Assembly (NCBI RefSeq): GCF_004010195.1
Contig: NC_057750.1
Location: 19,752,117 to 19,816,116, forward strand
DNA length: 64,000 nt
Source of the DNA: Chiloscyllium plagiosum
Taxonomy: Eukaryota
Direction: 5' to 3'
Each line of letters opens with the position of its first letter. Position 1 is the stretch's first letter. The notes below the pieces were generated by a model. The model saw nothing but the letters and a program-made list of their open reading frames with translations. It was not told where the DNA came from and did no database searches. Below are positions 1-11,344 of this stretch, one piece after another. A program made the position numbers and the translations under genes.

Positions 1-1749
1 TCACCATTTTCCAAACTTTGTGAATGACAATCACTGATGCCAATGAAAATAGATGTAAATGGGAACTTGACCAGAGGACCAAAACAGAAGGAAATTAATG
101 CAGAGAAATGGTGAGAAATATCATTTTCCAAGAACCTAAAAGAGTGCATCTTCTGATCACATGCCTGCCGTCACAAAATTAAGTACAGAGATGATGGTCT
201 CGCAGGAGAGAATGCTGGACGATTGATGTTTGTTGCTCACAATGTGACAAGCTGCAGGAATACTGCAACCAGACAAGAAACCATGATTGCACGCTGTGAG
301 AGAGTGAGGAGAGGATTGCGACTTTGTGATGTATTGATATCAGTTCTATTTCACTAGTTGCAAGTAAGTTACAAGTAAGCACAAGACATTTTAACGAAAA
401 GTTGAGAGCAAATTCTAACTTCCTGATTTTTTTCTGCCTAAACGTATGCGTGCAAGATAAAACAATACAAGCTGCATTGATACCTTGTGAAGGGTTTGTG
501 GTACTTCTTGAAGATTTCGTGTCCCCTTGTGTTTCTAAACAAAAAATTTCTCCCCGAGGCAATAAAATAATTGTTGTACTGTATTGCAGTCTCCGCTAAA
601 TCCTCACATCAATACTGACAGTAATTTTGTTTAGTCTACAGGATACTGTTATTGGACGTTCGAATATTTGTAAGTATAATAATTGTTTTGATTGGAGTAT
701 TTTGAAAACGAAGCACATAGATAGGCAATGCTTTAAAGTTATGTATCTTTCAGTTCCAGATGTAAACTGGAATTCAAGTCAAAATTCAGGAAACAGAGAG
801 CAAATTCAGTTCCTGTTTGGGGACAGGGGAGAGGGATGGGTTGAGGGTGTAGTGGGAGGGCCAATTTGTGTGGTTTTTGGGAACAGGATGTCTGGCACAT
901 AAGGACAGGAACCAATTTGAAATCAGAAGGCATTGTGTTGGAATTACAGGCGAAAACCCGGAAGTTCAGAAAGCATGTGAGTTTATAAAAGATGAGAATG
1001 AGGAAGGGGAAGGAGGAATAATCCTTATCAGCCTGTATTAAGGGCGTCTCTGATGAATGAGAGACTTGGCCTGCAATTCTCCAGCCAGGAAAACATTTCA
1101 GTCTCGGAGAGAAATGTATCCACAGCTAGTAACTGGAGTATTGCAGGGGAGATAGATGGATAAAGAATGGAAAGAAGGATGGATAGCATCAAGACAGAAA
1201 GACAGCAGAAATATTGGTTCAAATATTGGACTGACCAGGCAACCTGTATTGAAGTTATTCATAGAATTCACTGAGAATTTGGTAGCAGTAATTCACACTG
1301 GGATAATGAAATAGCCTCATGCCTTTTCTTGGAATCAAATCGGAGAGACCCACCAGTGTGGTATGTATCTCAGCACTTCAGTAATTGACGAGGATCAATG
1401 TGCACATCCGTATGCGCACTCATCTGCATACAACATAGCATTAAATCTATTTCTAACATGGGGATATCCCTGTCAACGTTTGTTCTCGCTCCTGTTATTG
1501 CTGACAGGATGGTACTCTGGGTGTTAGCCACTTTCTGCAGAGTTCCCATTGCTAAATTGGAATCTTACTTGCCCGGCAGTCCCAAAGGAAATGGCTGCCA
1601 GTCCCAAAGGAAATGGCTGCATTGGCCAGAGATACAGTACATATTGGGTTGGGGTTCATTTGTGGCAGTCTGTGCTTCTGGGAGCTGAGGACTTTTATGG
1701 AAGGGGCTTTGTGGGGCTCTGTGGTATATTCCTGCCCCATTTGTGAGAT

Positions 1750-2530
1750 AGCATTGCCAGATACTTCTAAGGATAATTCAAAGAGATTCTACAAATACAT
1801 TGAGTGCAAAAGGCTAACTAGACAAAGGGTAGGGCCTTTTACAGATCAAGGACATTGTCGTTGTGTTGAACCCTGGGAGATGGGAGTGATACGAAACGAA
1901 TATTTCTCGTCAGTTTTTAAGGTGGAGAAAGTACAGGAGTTGGGAGGTCATGTTGCGGCTGTACAGGACATTGGTTAGGCCACTGTTGGAATATTGCATA
2001 CAATTCTGGTCTCCTTCCTATCGGAAAAATGTTGTGAAACTTGAAAGGGTTCAGAAAAGATTTATAAGGATGTTGCCAGGGTTGGAGGATCTGAGCTACA
2101 GGGAGAGGCTGAACAGGCTGGGGCTGTTTTGACTGGAGTGTTGGAGGCTGAGGGGTGACCTTATAGAGGTTTACAAAATTATGAGGGACATGAATAGAAT
2201 AAATAGACAAAGTATTTTCCCTGTGGTTGGGGAGTTCAGAACTAGAGGGCGTAGGTTTTGGGTGAGAGGGGAAAGATAAAAAAGAGACCTCAGGGGTAAC
2301 GTTTACACACAGAGGGTGGTACATGCATGAAATGAGCTACCAGAGGATGTGGAGCAGGCTGGTACAATTGCAACATTTAAAAGACATTTGGATGGGTATA
2401 TGAATAGGAAGAGTTTGGAGGGATATAGGCCGGGTACTGGCAGGTGGGACTAGTTTGGGTTGGGATATCTGGTCGGAATGGACGGGTTGGACCGAAGGGT
2501 CTGTTTCCATGCTTTACATCTGTCTGACTC
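1750..2530 (+). mobile_element. CR1-clade (HER1-like) LINE fragments, including ORF2 C-terminus and 3' UTR
   Basis: ORF 1950-2132 LYRTLVRPLLEYCIQFWSP..KLERVQKRF..M is the typical CR1 RT C-terminus; followed by RLRGDLIEVYKIM and a 3' UTR. Confidence 0.9.
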
Positions 2531-2532
2531 TA

Positions 2533-3765
2533 AATGGAGTCGAGAGAATACAGAGAAATAAACTTTGATGTTTTAAATACAGTCAATACTACTGAAAAGG
2601 AATGTCGGGAGGTCTCAGAGAAAATAAAGGTGGATAAATCTCCAGTACCTGATGTGATGTATCCGAGAACCTTATGGGAAGAAAGGGAAGGAATTGCAAG
2701 ATCCTTTGCAGAAATAATTACAATATGTATGACTAAAGGTGAGGTGCCCAATGACAGGTGGGTGGCCAACGTTGTATCTTTGTTTATGAAAAGTTGCAAG
2801 GAGAATCCAGAGAACTCTTGACCTGTGAGTCTGCCTTCAGTTGGGGGTAAATTGTTGGAGGTAATTTTAAAAGATAGGATTTCGGAACATTTAGAAAGGC
2901 AAAAATTGGTTAGGGACTCACAAACTTGATTGAGTGTTTTAAAGAAATATCTAAATAAGTTAATGTGGGTAGAGCAGTAGACTTCACTTGGACTTTATTA
3001 AAGCCTTCGATAAGGTTCTGCTTTGAAGGATAATTAGTGCAGTTGGATCAAATGGGATTCAGGCGGACCTTCCTATTGGATACATAAATTAGTTTAACAG
3101 CAGGCAGTAGAGAGGGATGGTGGAGGGTTGCTTTTCGGACTGGAGACCTGTGATCCTCAGGGATGGGTTCTAGGTCCCCTTTTTGTGATTTATATAAATG
3201 ATTTGGATGAGAATATAGAAGGCATGGTTAGTGAGTTTGTTGTCATCACCAAAATTGGTGGCATAATAAACAATGAAGAAAGTTTTCTTAGATTCCAAAG
3301 GGATTAGATTAGATTAGATTAGATTACATTACATTACAGTGTGGAAACAGGCCCTTCGGTCCAACAAGTCCACACCGACCCGCCAAAGCGAAATCCACCC
3401 ATACCCCTACATTTACCCCTTACCTAACACTACGGGCAATTTAGCATGGCCAATTCACCTGACCCTGCACATCTTTTGGACTGTGGGAGGAAACCGGAGC
3501 ACCCAGAGGAAACCCACACAGACACGGGGAGAACGTGCAAACTCCACGCAGTCAGTCGCCTGAGGCGGGAATTGAACCCGGGTCTCAGGCGCTGTGAGGC
3601 AGCAGTGCTAACCACTGTGCCACCGTGCCGCCCACTAATGTTGATCAAATGGGTCAATGGGCTGAACAATGGTAGATGCAGTTCAATCTGAATAAATGTG
3701 AGGTATTGCATTTTGGTACAACAAACAAGGAAAGGATTTGTACAATTAACGGTCGAGCCAGGGAT
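2533..3765 (+). mobile_element. Degenerate CR1 LINE ORF2 (RT region), interrupted by a SINE
   Basis: KVDKSPVPD..YPRTLWE..W.VANVVSLF (2534-2821); decayed QG.VLGP and FADDTK-like motifs downstream. Confidence 0.85.
3305..3633 (-). mobile_element. tRNA-derived SINE, HE1/V-SINE type, full length
   Basis: Minus strand starts GGGCGGCACGGTGGCACAGTGG (A box), GGTTCAATTCC (B box), central GTGGAGTTTGCACGTTCTCCCC core, (TGTAA)n(TCTAA)n tail. Confidence 0.9.
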
Positions 3766-3961
3766 AGTACAGACCAAGACAAAACATCGAAAGGGAGGTA
3801 CATCACAGGAACAGGCCCTTCGGCTCTCCAAGCCTGTGCCAATCATCGTGCCTGAACTGCACTAAAGGACAACGCTTCTGCCCTCATTCAGTCAGTATCC
3901 CTCTAATCCCTCGTTATTCATGTAATCATCCAGATGTCCCTTAAACGTCACCAATGAGCCT

Positions 3962-4161
3962 TTCTTGGACTAATGGGGACAGGACCGTGTCGGGGTATGC
4001 CGAGATGAGTTCGGTTGGGCAGGAGCAGGCTGAGACGATGGTTCGTCCAGGGCAGTCCGGTTTGTGGATTTTGGGCAGGAGGTAGAAACGGGCGGTGCGG
4101 GGTTGTGGGACTATGAGGTTGGAGGCGGTGGATGGGAGGTCCCCTGAGGTGATGAGGTTAT
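3962..4161 (-). mobile_element. Penelope-like element RT fragment (family A)
   Basis: Translates to NLITSGDLPSTASNLIVPQPRTARFYLLPKIHKPDCPGRTIVSACSCPTELISAYPDTVLSPLVQE; FYxLPKIHK...GRPIVS is the PLE RT N-terminal motif. Confidence 0.9.
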
Positions 4162-4859
4162 AGAATATAGAAGGCCTGGTTAGTGAGTTTGTTGTCATCA
4201 CCAAAGTTGGTGGCATAATAAACAATGAAGAAAGTTTTCTTAGATTCCAAAGGGATGTTGATCAAATGGGTCAATGGGCTGAACAATGGTAGATGAAGTT
4301 CAATCTGAATAAATGTGAGGTATTGCATTTTGGTACAACAAACAAGGAAAGGATTTGTACAATTAACGGTCGAGCCAGGGATAGTACAGACCAAGACAAA
4401 ACATCGAAAGGGAGGTACATCACAGGAACAGGCCCTTCGGCTCTCCAAGCCTGTGCCAATCATCGTGCCTGAACTGCACTAAAGGACAACGCTTCTGCCC
4501 TCATTCAGTCAGTATCCCTCTAATCCCTCATTATTCATGTAATCATCCAGATGTCCCTTAAACGTCACCAATGAGCCTACTCCCATACTTGTTTTGATAG
4601 CATGTTCAACGCTCCTACCGCTCTCTGTGTGAAAGATGTCCCTCGCACATCTCCCTCAAAGTTGGACCCTCCCACATTGAACCTGTGTCCCCTTATAATT
4701 AAAACTTCAATCCTGGGAAAAAGCCTGCCTCTCATAATTGTGTAGAACTCTATCATCTCGTCTCAGCCGCTGTCTTTCAAGTGAAAATAATCCTCCTCCA
4801 CCCCCCCCCCCCCCCCGCCACCTCGTCGACAGAGAAAAAAATCTGTTCTTCTGTTTTGC

Positions 4860-5475
4860 TCCATTACCGAGACCTGAGTATGGAACTGCTCAAATTTTCC
4901 AAGTGTTCGGAAAAGGATTCAAGAAACAAGGATCCTGATGTTGCTAGAGGAACAGCTTGCATCACCATCAGAGGAGGTATCTGGGGAATAAGATGTGAAA
5001 CAACTTAAGTGCATGTGAATCAGTGCTAATGGTTTATGGATTTATGAGGGACCTTGTTTGAAGGGATCAAATAAAGTAAATTGGCGAGGTGGATAAGGGT
5101 ACTGATAGTAGATCAGGCATATGATGTTCTTCGAGAAAGACTGCCATTTTGGAGGAATTCAAAGTTCACTTCCTGAATTTGTGAGAACTGATGTGGAAGG
5201 GCAGAGAGTTACAACTGCAACACTGGCAGATGACATGGCCAATGACATGAGGTGGTTCATGAATCAAAGTTTGGCTCCCAACTTCAATTTCAATCTGTTA
5301 AGGATAGAAATTGGGAAAAAGAGAAATCCTCAGAAGGTGAAGGAAAAGGAGATGTCACTGAAGATAATAAAGATAGCTCACCACAAAGTAAAACAGATAC
5401 CCCAGAAGGGGAAGAGACATAAGAAAACCTCAGAGTGTTTTCACTGCAAGAAAATAGGACACACAAAGTCACGCA
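4860..5475 (+). mobile_element. Gypsy (Gmr1-like) gag fragment with zinc knuckle
   Basis: ORF 5121-5600 contains CFHCKKIGHTKSR (degenerate CX2CX4HX4C) and AxLADD. Confidence 0.7.
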
Positions 5476-5479
5476 ATGC

Positions 5480-5705
5480 TGGTAACCATGACAATTCACC
5501 CGACTCCCACAGTTATCTTCCGTGTACATCTTCATATCTTATTTCTTATAAAGATTCTATTCCATTTTGCCAGTTTCACTGTCTCCATCGGAAGAGGTGA
5601 TACTCGTCATTGCAATGGGTCCCAGCTCTGTCTTTATGGCTTCTCACACTCCCTCTCTCCCAAGAAGGACAGATCATTCTCCTGGGGTTTACTTCAGCCT
5701 GGGGT
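5480..5705 (+). mobile_element. Degenerate PLE fragment (RT thumb region)
   Basis: DSHSYLPCTSSYLISYKDSIPFCQFHCLHR resembles the PLE YLxxxSxHP..K.SIPFSQFLRLRR region. Confidence 0.6.
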
Positions 5706-5999
5706 TGCTTCGGGTAGGGGTGGGGGAGTGGTGTAAGGGATCAAAACTGGTATTGATATCTTAACACACACACACACACACCTGGTTTATAAACCTGCAC
5801 GATATCATCTGTCACTCAAACCCCTTCCTAATCCCTTATCCAAGCTCATCCAGTCAGCTCCCCCTGATATGGAGCAAACAAAGAGGTTTCTTTGTGAGAT
5901 TAATCATTTATCTTTCCCCCAATTTCTATCCCTCATGGATTGAATTTGAGTTTGGGAGCCAAACTTTGATTTATGAACCAACGCATAATGATCAACCAT

Positions 6000-7565
6000 T
6001 TCAGCTGCCAATCTTGCTGTTTCAGCTCTCTGCTCTTCCACATTTAGTTCTCACTACCTCAGGAAGTGAATTTTTGAACTCCTCCAAAATAACCTCTCTC
6101 TAAGAAGCATCATAGGTTTGCTCTCTTATGAATGGCCTTATATATCCATCAAAATTACTTTTTTTGACCCTTTCAAACTCAATGTAGTTTTGACCTGGGT
6201 CTCTCCTTAGATCCCTAAAATGTTATCTGTAGGCATCAGGCACAAGCTCATATGCACTTAAAATGGCTTTCTTTACCTTTTCCTCCATCTCAGATACCTT
6301 CTTTGATTGTGATGCAAATACTGCACTAGCTCAACCTCACAGATTTGTTTGGATCAAGAAAACCCACATGGTCACTGGCCACTTTATTTGTTTAGCCACT
6401 TTCTCAAATGAGATGAAAAACACTTGTAGACCCTTCTCAACAAATTTAAGCAATGTTTGAATATATTTGAACAGAACCCCAGCAGCCCTTTGGCTAAGTT
6501 TACCATCAGCCTTCATGTCCATTCTTTTAAACTGACTTTCCTGTCTACGTACAATTTTATGATGTTCAAACTCCCTCTCCTTCTTCGTTTCCACTCTGAC
6601 TCCTTCTCTCTGTTTTCTCTCACTCTCTTTCTCTTTGTTTTTGTTCTGCTAAAGCAATTCTGTCCTTTCCCTTTTGTTCTGCAAGGACCATTCATTCTTT
6701 TTCTCTTTCCTCTGCTCTTAATCGTAATTCAAGCTGCTTCATTTCTTTGTCCCTTTCTTTCTCTTTTGCCTCAAACTCAAGCTGTTTCATTTTCAATTAA
6801 GGTTAGTCCATCTGCAAAGATTCTGATGGCATGTCCTGCAAATTTGAATGCTGAGCAATTACTGTAATCAGCTCTCCTTTTCTTCTGGACACAGTTAACT
6901 TCAACTCCAGCCTGTTTGCCATTTCCAGAAGCTTTGCCTTGTTCACCTTTTGCAAAATCCTCAGAGTCATTTTTCACCACCAGCAAAACACTCAGTCACT
7001 CAAAGAGTCATTACCAAACCAAGTGCTGTAAAACCAACCAAATTCAACACCCAAGACAAAAGACAATAAAAGTTGTCACTCGTTGCCTTTGAGTCAAACA
7101 ACCCTAATCCCAAATCAGACTGTAGAATCAATCGTGTGAAGAGCCCCCAATCTGTTATGGACCAGGCCAGACCTCCTCAAAATACTTCAGGAAGGAAGCC
7201 TAGACTCTGCCATTCCTATTGCTTTAAGCAGTTGCAAGGTGGATATTCCAGGAGTGATGCAGCTGGACAATCCATTCAGTTTTAAACAAACCAGAATTTG
7301 TTTACAACACAGACAAAAGAAAATTAAATTGAGAATAAAAGAACAGTTTCTTTCTGTCCTCAGGTAAAAATTAAAGCCAAAATGAATGATAATGCATTCT
7401 GAACTGAAACAACTGGCCACTCCCTTTCATTGTACAAGTGTTTAATTAAAAAAAAATTTAAATTTTTTCAAGTAGATACATCCAGATACATCAGAACCTC
7501 TGCCTTTATGACCCTCGAAAAAATGAAGGGCAAAATAGCCTTGTTAAAAGGAAAGTATAATCACA
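6000..7565 (-). mobile_element. Gmr1-like Gypsy 5' part: LTR (~7153-7565), tRNA-Pro-like PBS, gag fragment
   Basis: gag peptide FFISFEKVAKQIKWPVTMWVFLIQT; minus-strand TGGGGGCTC just inside LTR end ...GGTCCATAACA; homologous copy at 48629-50200. Confidence 0.75.
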
Positions 7566-7574
7566 ACACCAGTT

Positions 7575-8232
7575 GCTGAAGGTAAGTATGCAGGTGCAGC
7601 AGGTGGTAAAGAAGGCAGATGATCTGTTGTCTTTCATTGCGAGAGGTTTCAAGTACAGGAGAAAAGCTGTGTTCTTGCAGCCTTTCTCCTGTACTTGTTT
7701 TAGTCTCCTGTTCTGAGGAAGGATGCTCTTGCTCTCAAGGGAATGCAGTGACGGTTTGCCAGGCGGATTTTGGGGATGGCAGGACTGATGTATGAGGGGA
7801 GGTTGACTAGGTTAGAATTATTTTCACTAGAGTTCAGATGAATGAGGATGGCATCTCACGGAAACTTAGAAAATTCTAACTAGACAAACAGGGTAGGTGC
7901 AGGGAGGATGTTCCTGATGGTGGGTGCATCCAGAACCAGGGGTCACACACTGAGGATTTGGGGTGGACAATTTAGGACGGAGATGAGGAGACATTTCTTC
8001 ACCAATGAGTGGGAGCCTGTGGAATTCATTACCACAGAAAATAAGTGATGTCAAAAAAATGAATGCATTCAAGACGTAGCTCGATAGAACACTTCTGACA
8101 AATGGGATCAAAGATTATGGGGAGAAAGGAGGGTTATGCTATTGACTTGTATGATCAAACATGATCGTGATGAATGGTGGAATTGGCTCAAAGGGCCAAA
8201 TGGTCTCCTCCTCCTATCTTCTTTGTTTTGAG
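7575..8232 (+). mobile_element. Degenerate CR1 LINE 3' fragment
   Basis: Remnants of KKA..L.FI.RG.EY, FSLEFR.MR, RTRGH.L.I.G..FRTEMRRHFF and 3' UTR. Confidence 0.8.
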
Positions 8233-8234
8233 AT

Positions 8235-10650
8235 ATTATGGACTAGGTCAGACGCCACAAAACATTTTTAAGCAGATAGCCCAGATCACAACTTTGCTAT
8301 TTGTTTCACTAGGTTTACCACCAAGCCTGCCTTTTGAAATCGATCAAGCAAATCTGATAAATGTTGTAAATGTTTCTTCCACGCGTGACTAAATATCACC
8401 AGGTCATCAATATACACAAAACAGTTTGGTAGCCCGGCAGTGGTCTTGTTAGTTCGTCTCTGAAATGTGGCTGGAGCGTTTTTCATACCAAATGGCATGA
8501 CCTTAAACGGATACAGTCCATTTGGCATTACGAAAGCCAAATTTGCCTTTGCTCTTTCTGACAGAGGTACCTGCTAGTAGCCTCTGAGCAAGTCCAACTT
8601 AGAAATGTAAATTGCTTGTGTCATCTTTTCAACACAGTCTTACAACCGTGGAATTGGATATGCATCAGTCTTTGTAACTGCATTGATTTTACAATAGTTC
8701 ACACATAACCGTTGGGTAACATTTGGCTTCGGCACCATTACTATGGGTGAGCTGCAGTCACTGTAATTCACTTTGATTTTGCCACCTTGGAGAATGCGCT
8801 CTATCTCCTTCAGAACCTGTGCCAACCTCAGAAGGTTATGCCTATTAGGATGTTGCTTAATTGGAACAGCATCACCTATATCTACAGCATGCACAATTAG
8901 GTTAGTACTTCCCAGTTTATTTATGCATATCTCTCCATGTGATAGGAATAACTCTTTCAGGTCATTTTGATATTTTTTCCAGGACGATAACTCAATATTT
9001 TTCCCCAATTTTTGACAGTTTCCTCATTGTCCAAATTAATTTGAAAAAGGTCCAATTCAGAATCCTCTGAACTTGGTTCTTCCTTCTGTGCTGTAACCCT
9101 TAACACCTCTTGCTTTCCCTCTCTGGCAAAATACCTTTTGAGTATGTTCACATGACACACCCTGTGAGATTTCTTCCTGTCTGGAGTACTCATAAAATAG
9201 TTCACCTCACTCAATTTCTTTTCGATTTGATAAGGTCCACGAAACCTTGCTTTTAAAGGTTCATCTATTACTGGAGGTAACACCCATATCTTGTCCCCAG
9301 TTGCAAAATTGTGATTTTTTGGTTTCTTGTCTGCTTCTTGTTTCATTGCATGCTATGATACTTCTAAACGCTGTTTAGCCAACTCCCCAGCTCTATTTAA
9401 TTGTTCTATATAAATTGGCACACGATCCAAATTTCTAATTTCTCCTTAATTCATTTAATGGCCTTTTCTCTTCATGCCCAAAAACTGATTCAACTGGACG
9501 TAATTTGGTCGATTCATTTGATGCTTGGCTGATCACAAAAAGCACAAACTGAATTCCCTTATGCCAGGTATCTGAATAATCCTGATTATATGCCCTCAAC
9601 ATGGTCTTTAGTATGTGATGCCAACTGTCTAGTGCTCTCTGCGATGCTGGGTGGTACACAGTAGCTTTAAATTGTTTTATGCCTAAGCTGTCCATAACGT
9701 CCTTGAATAGTGTGGATGTGAAGCTTGACCCTTGATCTGCCTGTATCTCTACTGGTAGTCCATATCTAGTAAAAATTATGGGTAACTCCTGTACAATCCT
9801 TTTAGCTATGATATTTTGTAATGAAATGGCCTCTGGAAATCTCATTGATACATTCATTATTGTTAACAAATAGTGATTCCCGGTTTCTATTTGGTGTAGG
9901 GGACCTATGCAATCAATTAAGATTTTGGTAAAAGATACCTTAAATGCAGGAATAGGTATTAAAGGTGTAGGATTTATTGCCGCCTGTAAGTTTTCCAATT
10001 ACCTGGCATGTATGACATGTCTGGCAAAAATTCAACTACATCCTTGTGTAGTCCAGACCAGTAAAAATGTCTTGTATTTGAGCCTGTGTTTTCCTCACTC
10101 TTCAATGACCTCCAAATGGCACTCATGCGCCACTCACAGCACCTCCTTTCTATACCCCACTGGCAATATAATTTGGTGAATCTCTGCCCATTTTCATCTG
10201 CTTGAATATGTGATGGTCTCCATTTCCTGATTAAGACATCATTTTTCAGGTAATAACAGATAGGGATGCATTCAGACTGTTTCCCAGTAAATGCCTTTTG
10301 ATACAACTGATTTAAATTTCCATCTTTCTGCTGCAACTCAATGACTTTTGCTGAGGGAATTATATTTGCATGATTATTTATTTGCTCCAGTTTTATCTCA
10401 ATTAACTGATCAAACACAGTCTCTGTTAATGTTATTTCAGCTTCCTTATCTGTATCCTTTGATCTCTCCTCCTTCAACTGGCGTTTCTGTGACCTCACTA
10501 CTACACAATCAGGGATGAGTGTGAGATAAGAATCCTGCAGTGCTTCAGTTGCTTGAGTCTCCACTGGGTTTTCAATTACAGTAGGCAGCATGCCGACCAG
10601 TGAATCAGCTTTATCATTCTCAAGGACAAATTGTATTCCTGGAGCTGAGA
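8235..10650 (-). mobile_element. Gmr1-like Gypsy pol remnant (linker - integrase - RT) fused to an LTR fragment
   Basis: IN core IDCIGPL..IQADQGSSFTS..YHPASQ (9435-9998), GPY module (8957-9346), RT SSPIVMVPKP..RLCVNY..DAYPIPR and MPFGMKNAPATFQR..YIDD (8286-9008); many frameshifts. Confidence 0.9.
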
Positions 10651-11304
10651 GTTAGATTTAGATTCCCTACAGTGTGGAAACAAGTTCTTTGGCCTAACCA
10701 GTCCACACGGACCCTCCGAAGAGTAACCCATCCAGACTCATTTCCCTCTGACTAATGCACTGAACATTATGGCCAATTCACCTTACCTGCACATCTTTGG
10801 ACTGTGGGAGGATACCGGAGCACCCGGAGAAAACTCACGCAGACACGGGAACATAGAACATAGAACATAGAACATAGAAGAATACAGCGCAGTACAGGCC
10901 CTTGGGCCCTCGATGTTGCGCCGATCCAAGCCCACCTAAACTACACTAACCCACTATCCTCCATATACCTATCCAATGCCCTCTTAAATGCCCATAAAGA
11001 GGGAGAGTCCACCACTGTTACTGGCAGGGCATTCCATGAACTAACGACTCGCTGAGTGAAGAACCTACCCCTAACATCAGTCCTATATCTACCCCCCCTT
11101 AATTTAAAGCTATGCCCCCTTGTAATACCCGACTCCATACGCGGGAAAAGGTTCATACTGTCTACCCTATCTAACCCCCTAATCATCTTGTACACAAATG
11201 TGCAAAATGTGCAAACTACACACAGACAGTTGCTTGAGGCTGGAATCGAACCTGGGATCCTGGTGCTGTGAGGCAGCAGTGCTAACCACTGACACACCAT
11301 GCCG
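10651..11304 (-). mobile_element. HE1-like SINE split by a nested HER1/CR1 3' fragment (~10851-11195)
   Basis: SINE head at 11197-11304 and body/tail at 10651-10850; between them YKMIRGLDRVD..RGHSFKLRGGRYRTDVRGRFFTQRVV with a (CTATGTT)n tail. Confidence 0.85.
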
Positions 11305-11344
11305 CTACCCAGTAGCTACTGGGTGTCCTTGATATGTATGTACC

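Larger units (their letters stand above)
3210..4578. repeat. 417-bp direct duplication (3210-3961 including SINE; 4162-4578) flanking a PLE fragment
   Basis: Both copies run AGAATATAGAAGG...CACCAATGAGCCT; I count 4 substitutions; identical translated ORFs at 3430-3846 and 4158-4463. Confidence 0.95.

Noticed and set aside
1398..1688. Hydrophobic ORF with a DRM tripeptide and a 22-bp tandem duplication (1577-1620)
   Set aside because: No convincing alignment to the GPCR paralogues; the duplication looks like simple slippage.
3560..3633. tRNA-like A/B boxes (also ~27985-28057, 11235-11304)
   Set aside because: SINE heads joined to SINE bodies, not tRNA genes.
6457..6867. Hydrophobic Phe/Leu-rich ORF resembling a membrane protein
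   Set aside because: Antisense of the Glu/Lys/Arg-rich coiled-coil part of the Gypsy gag.
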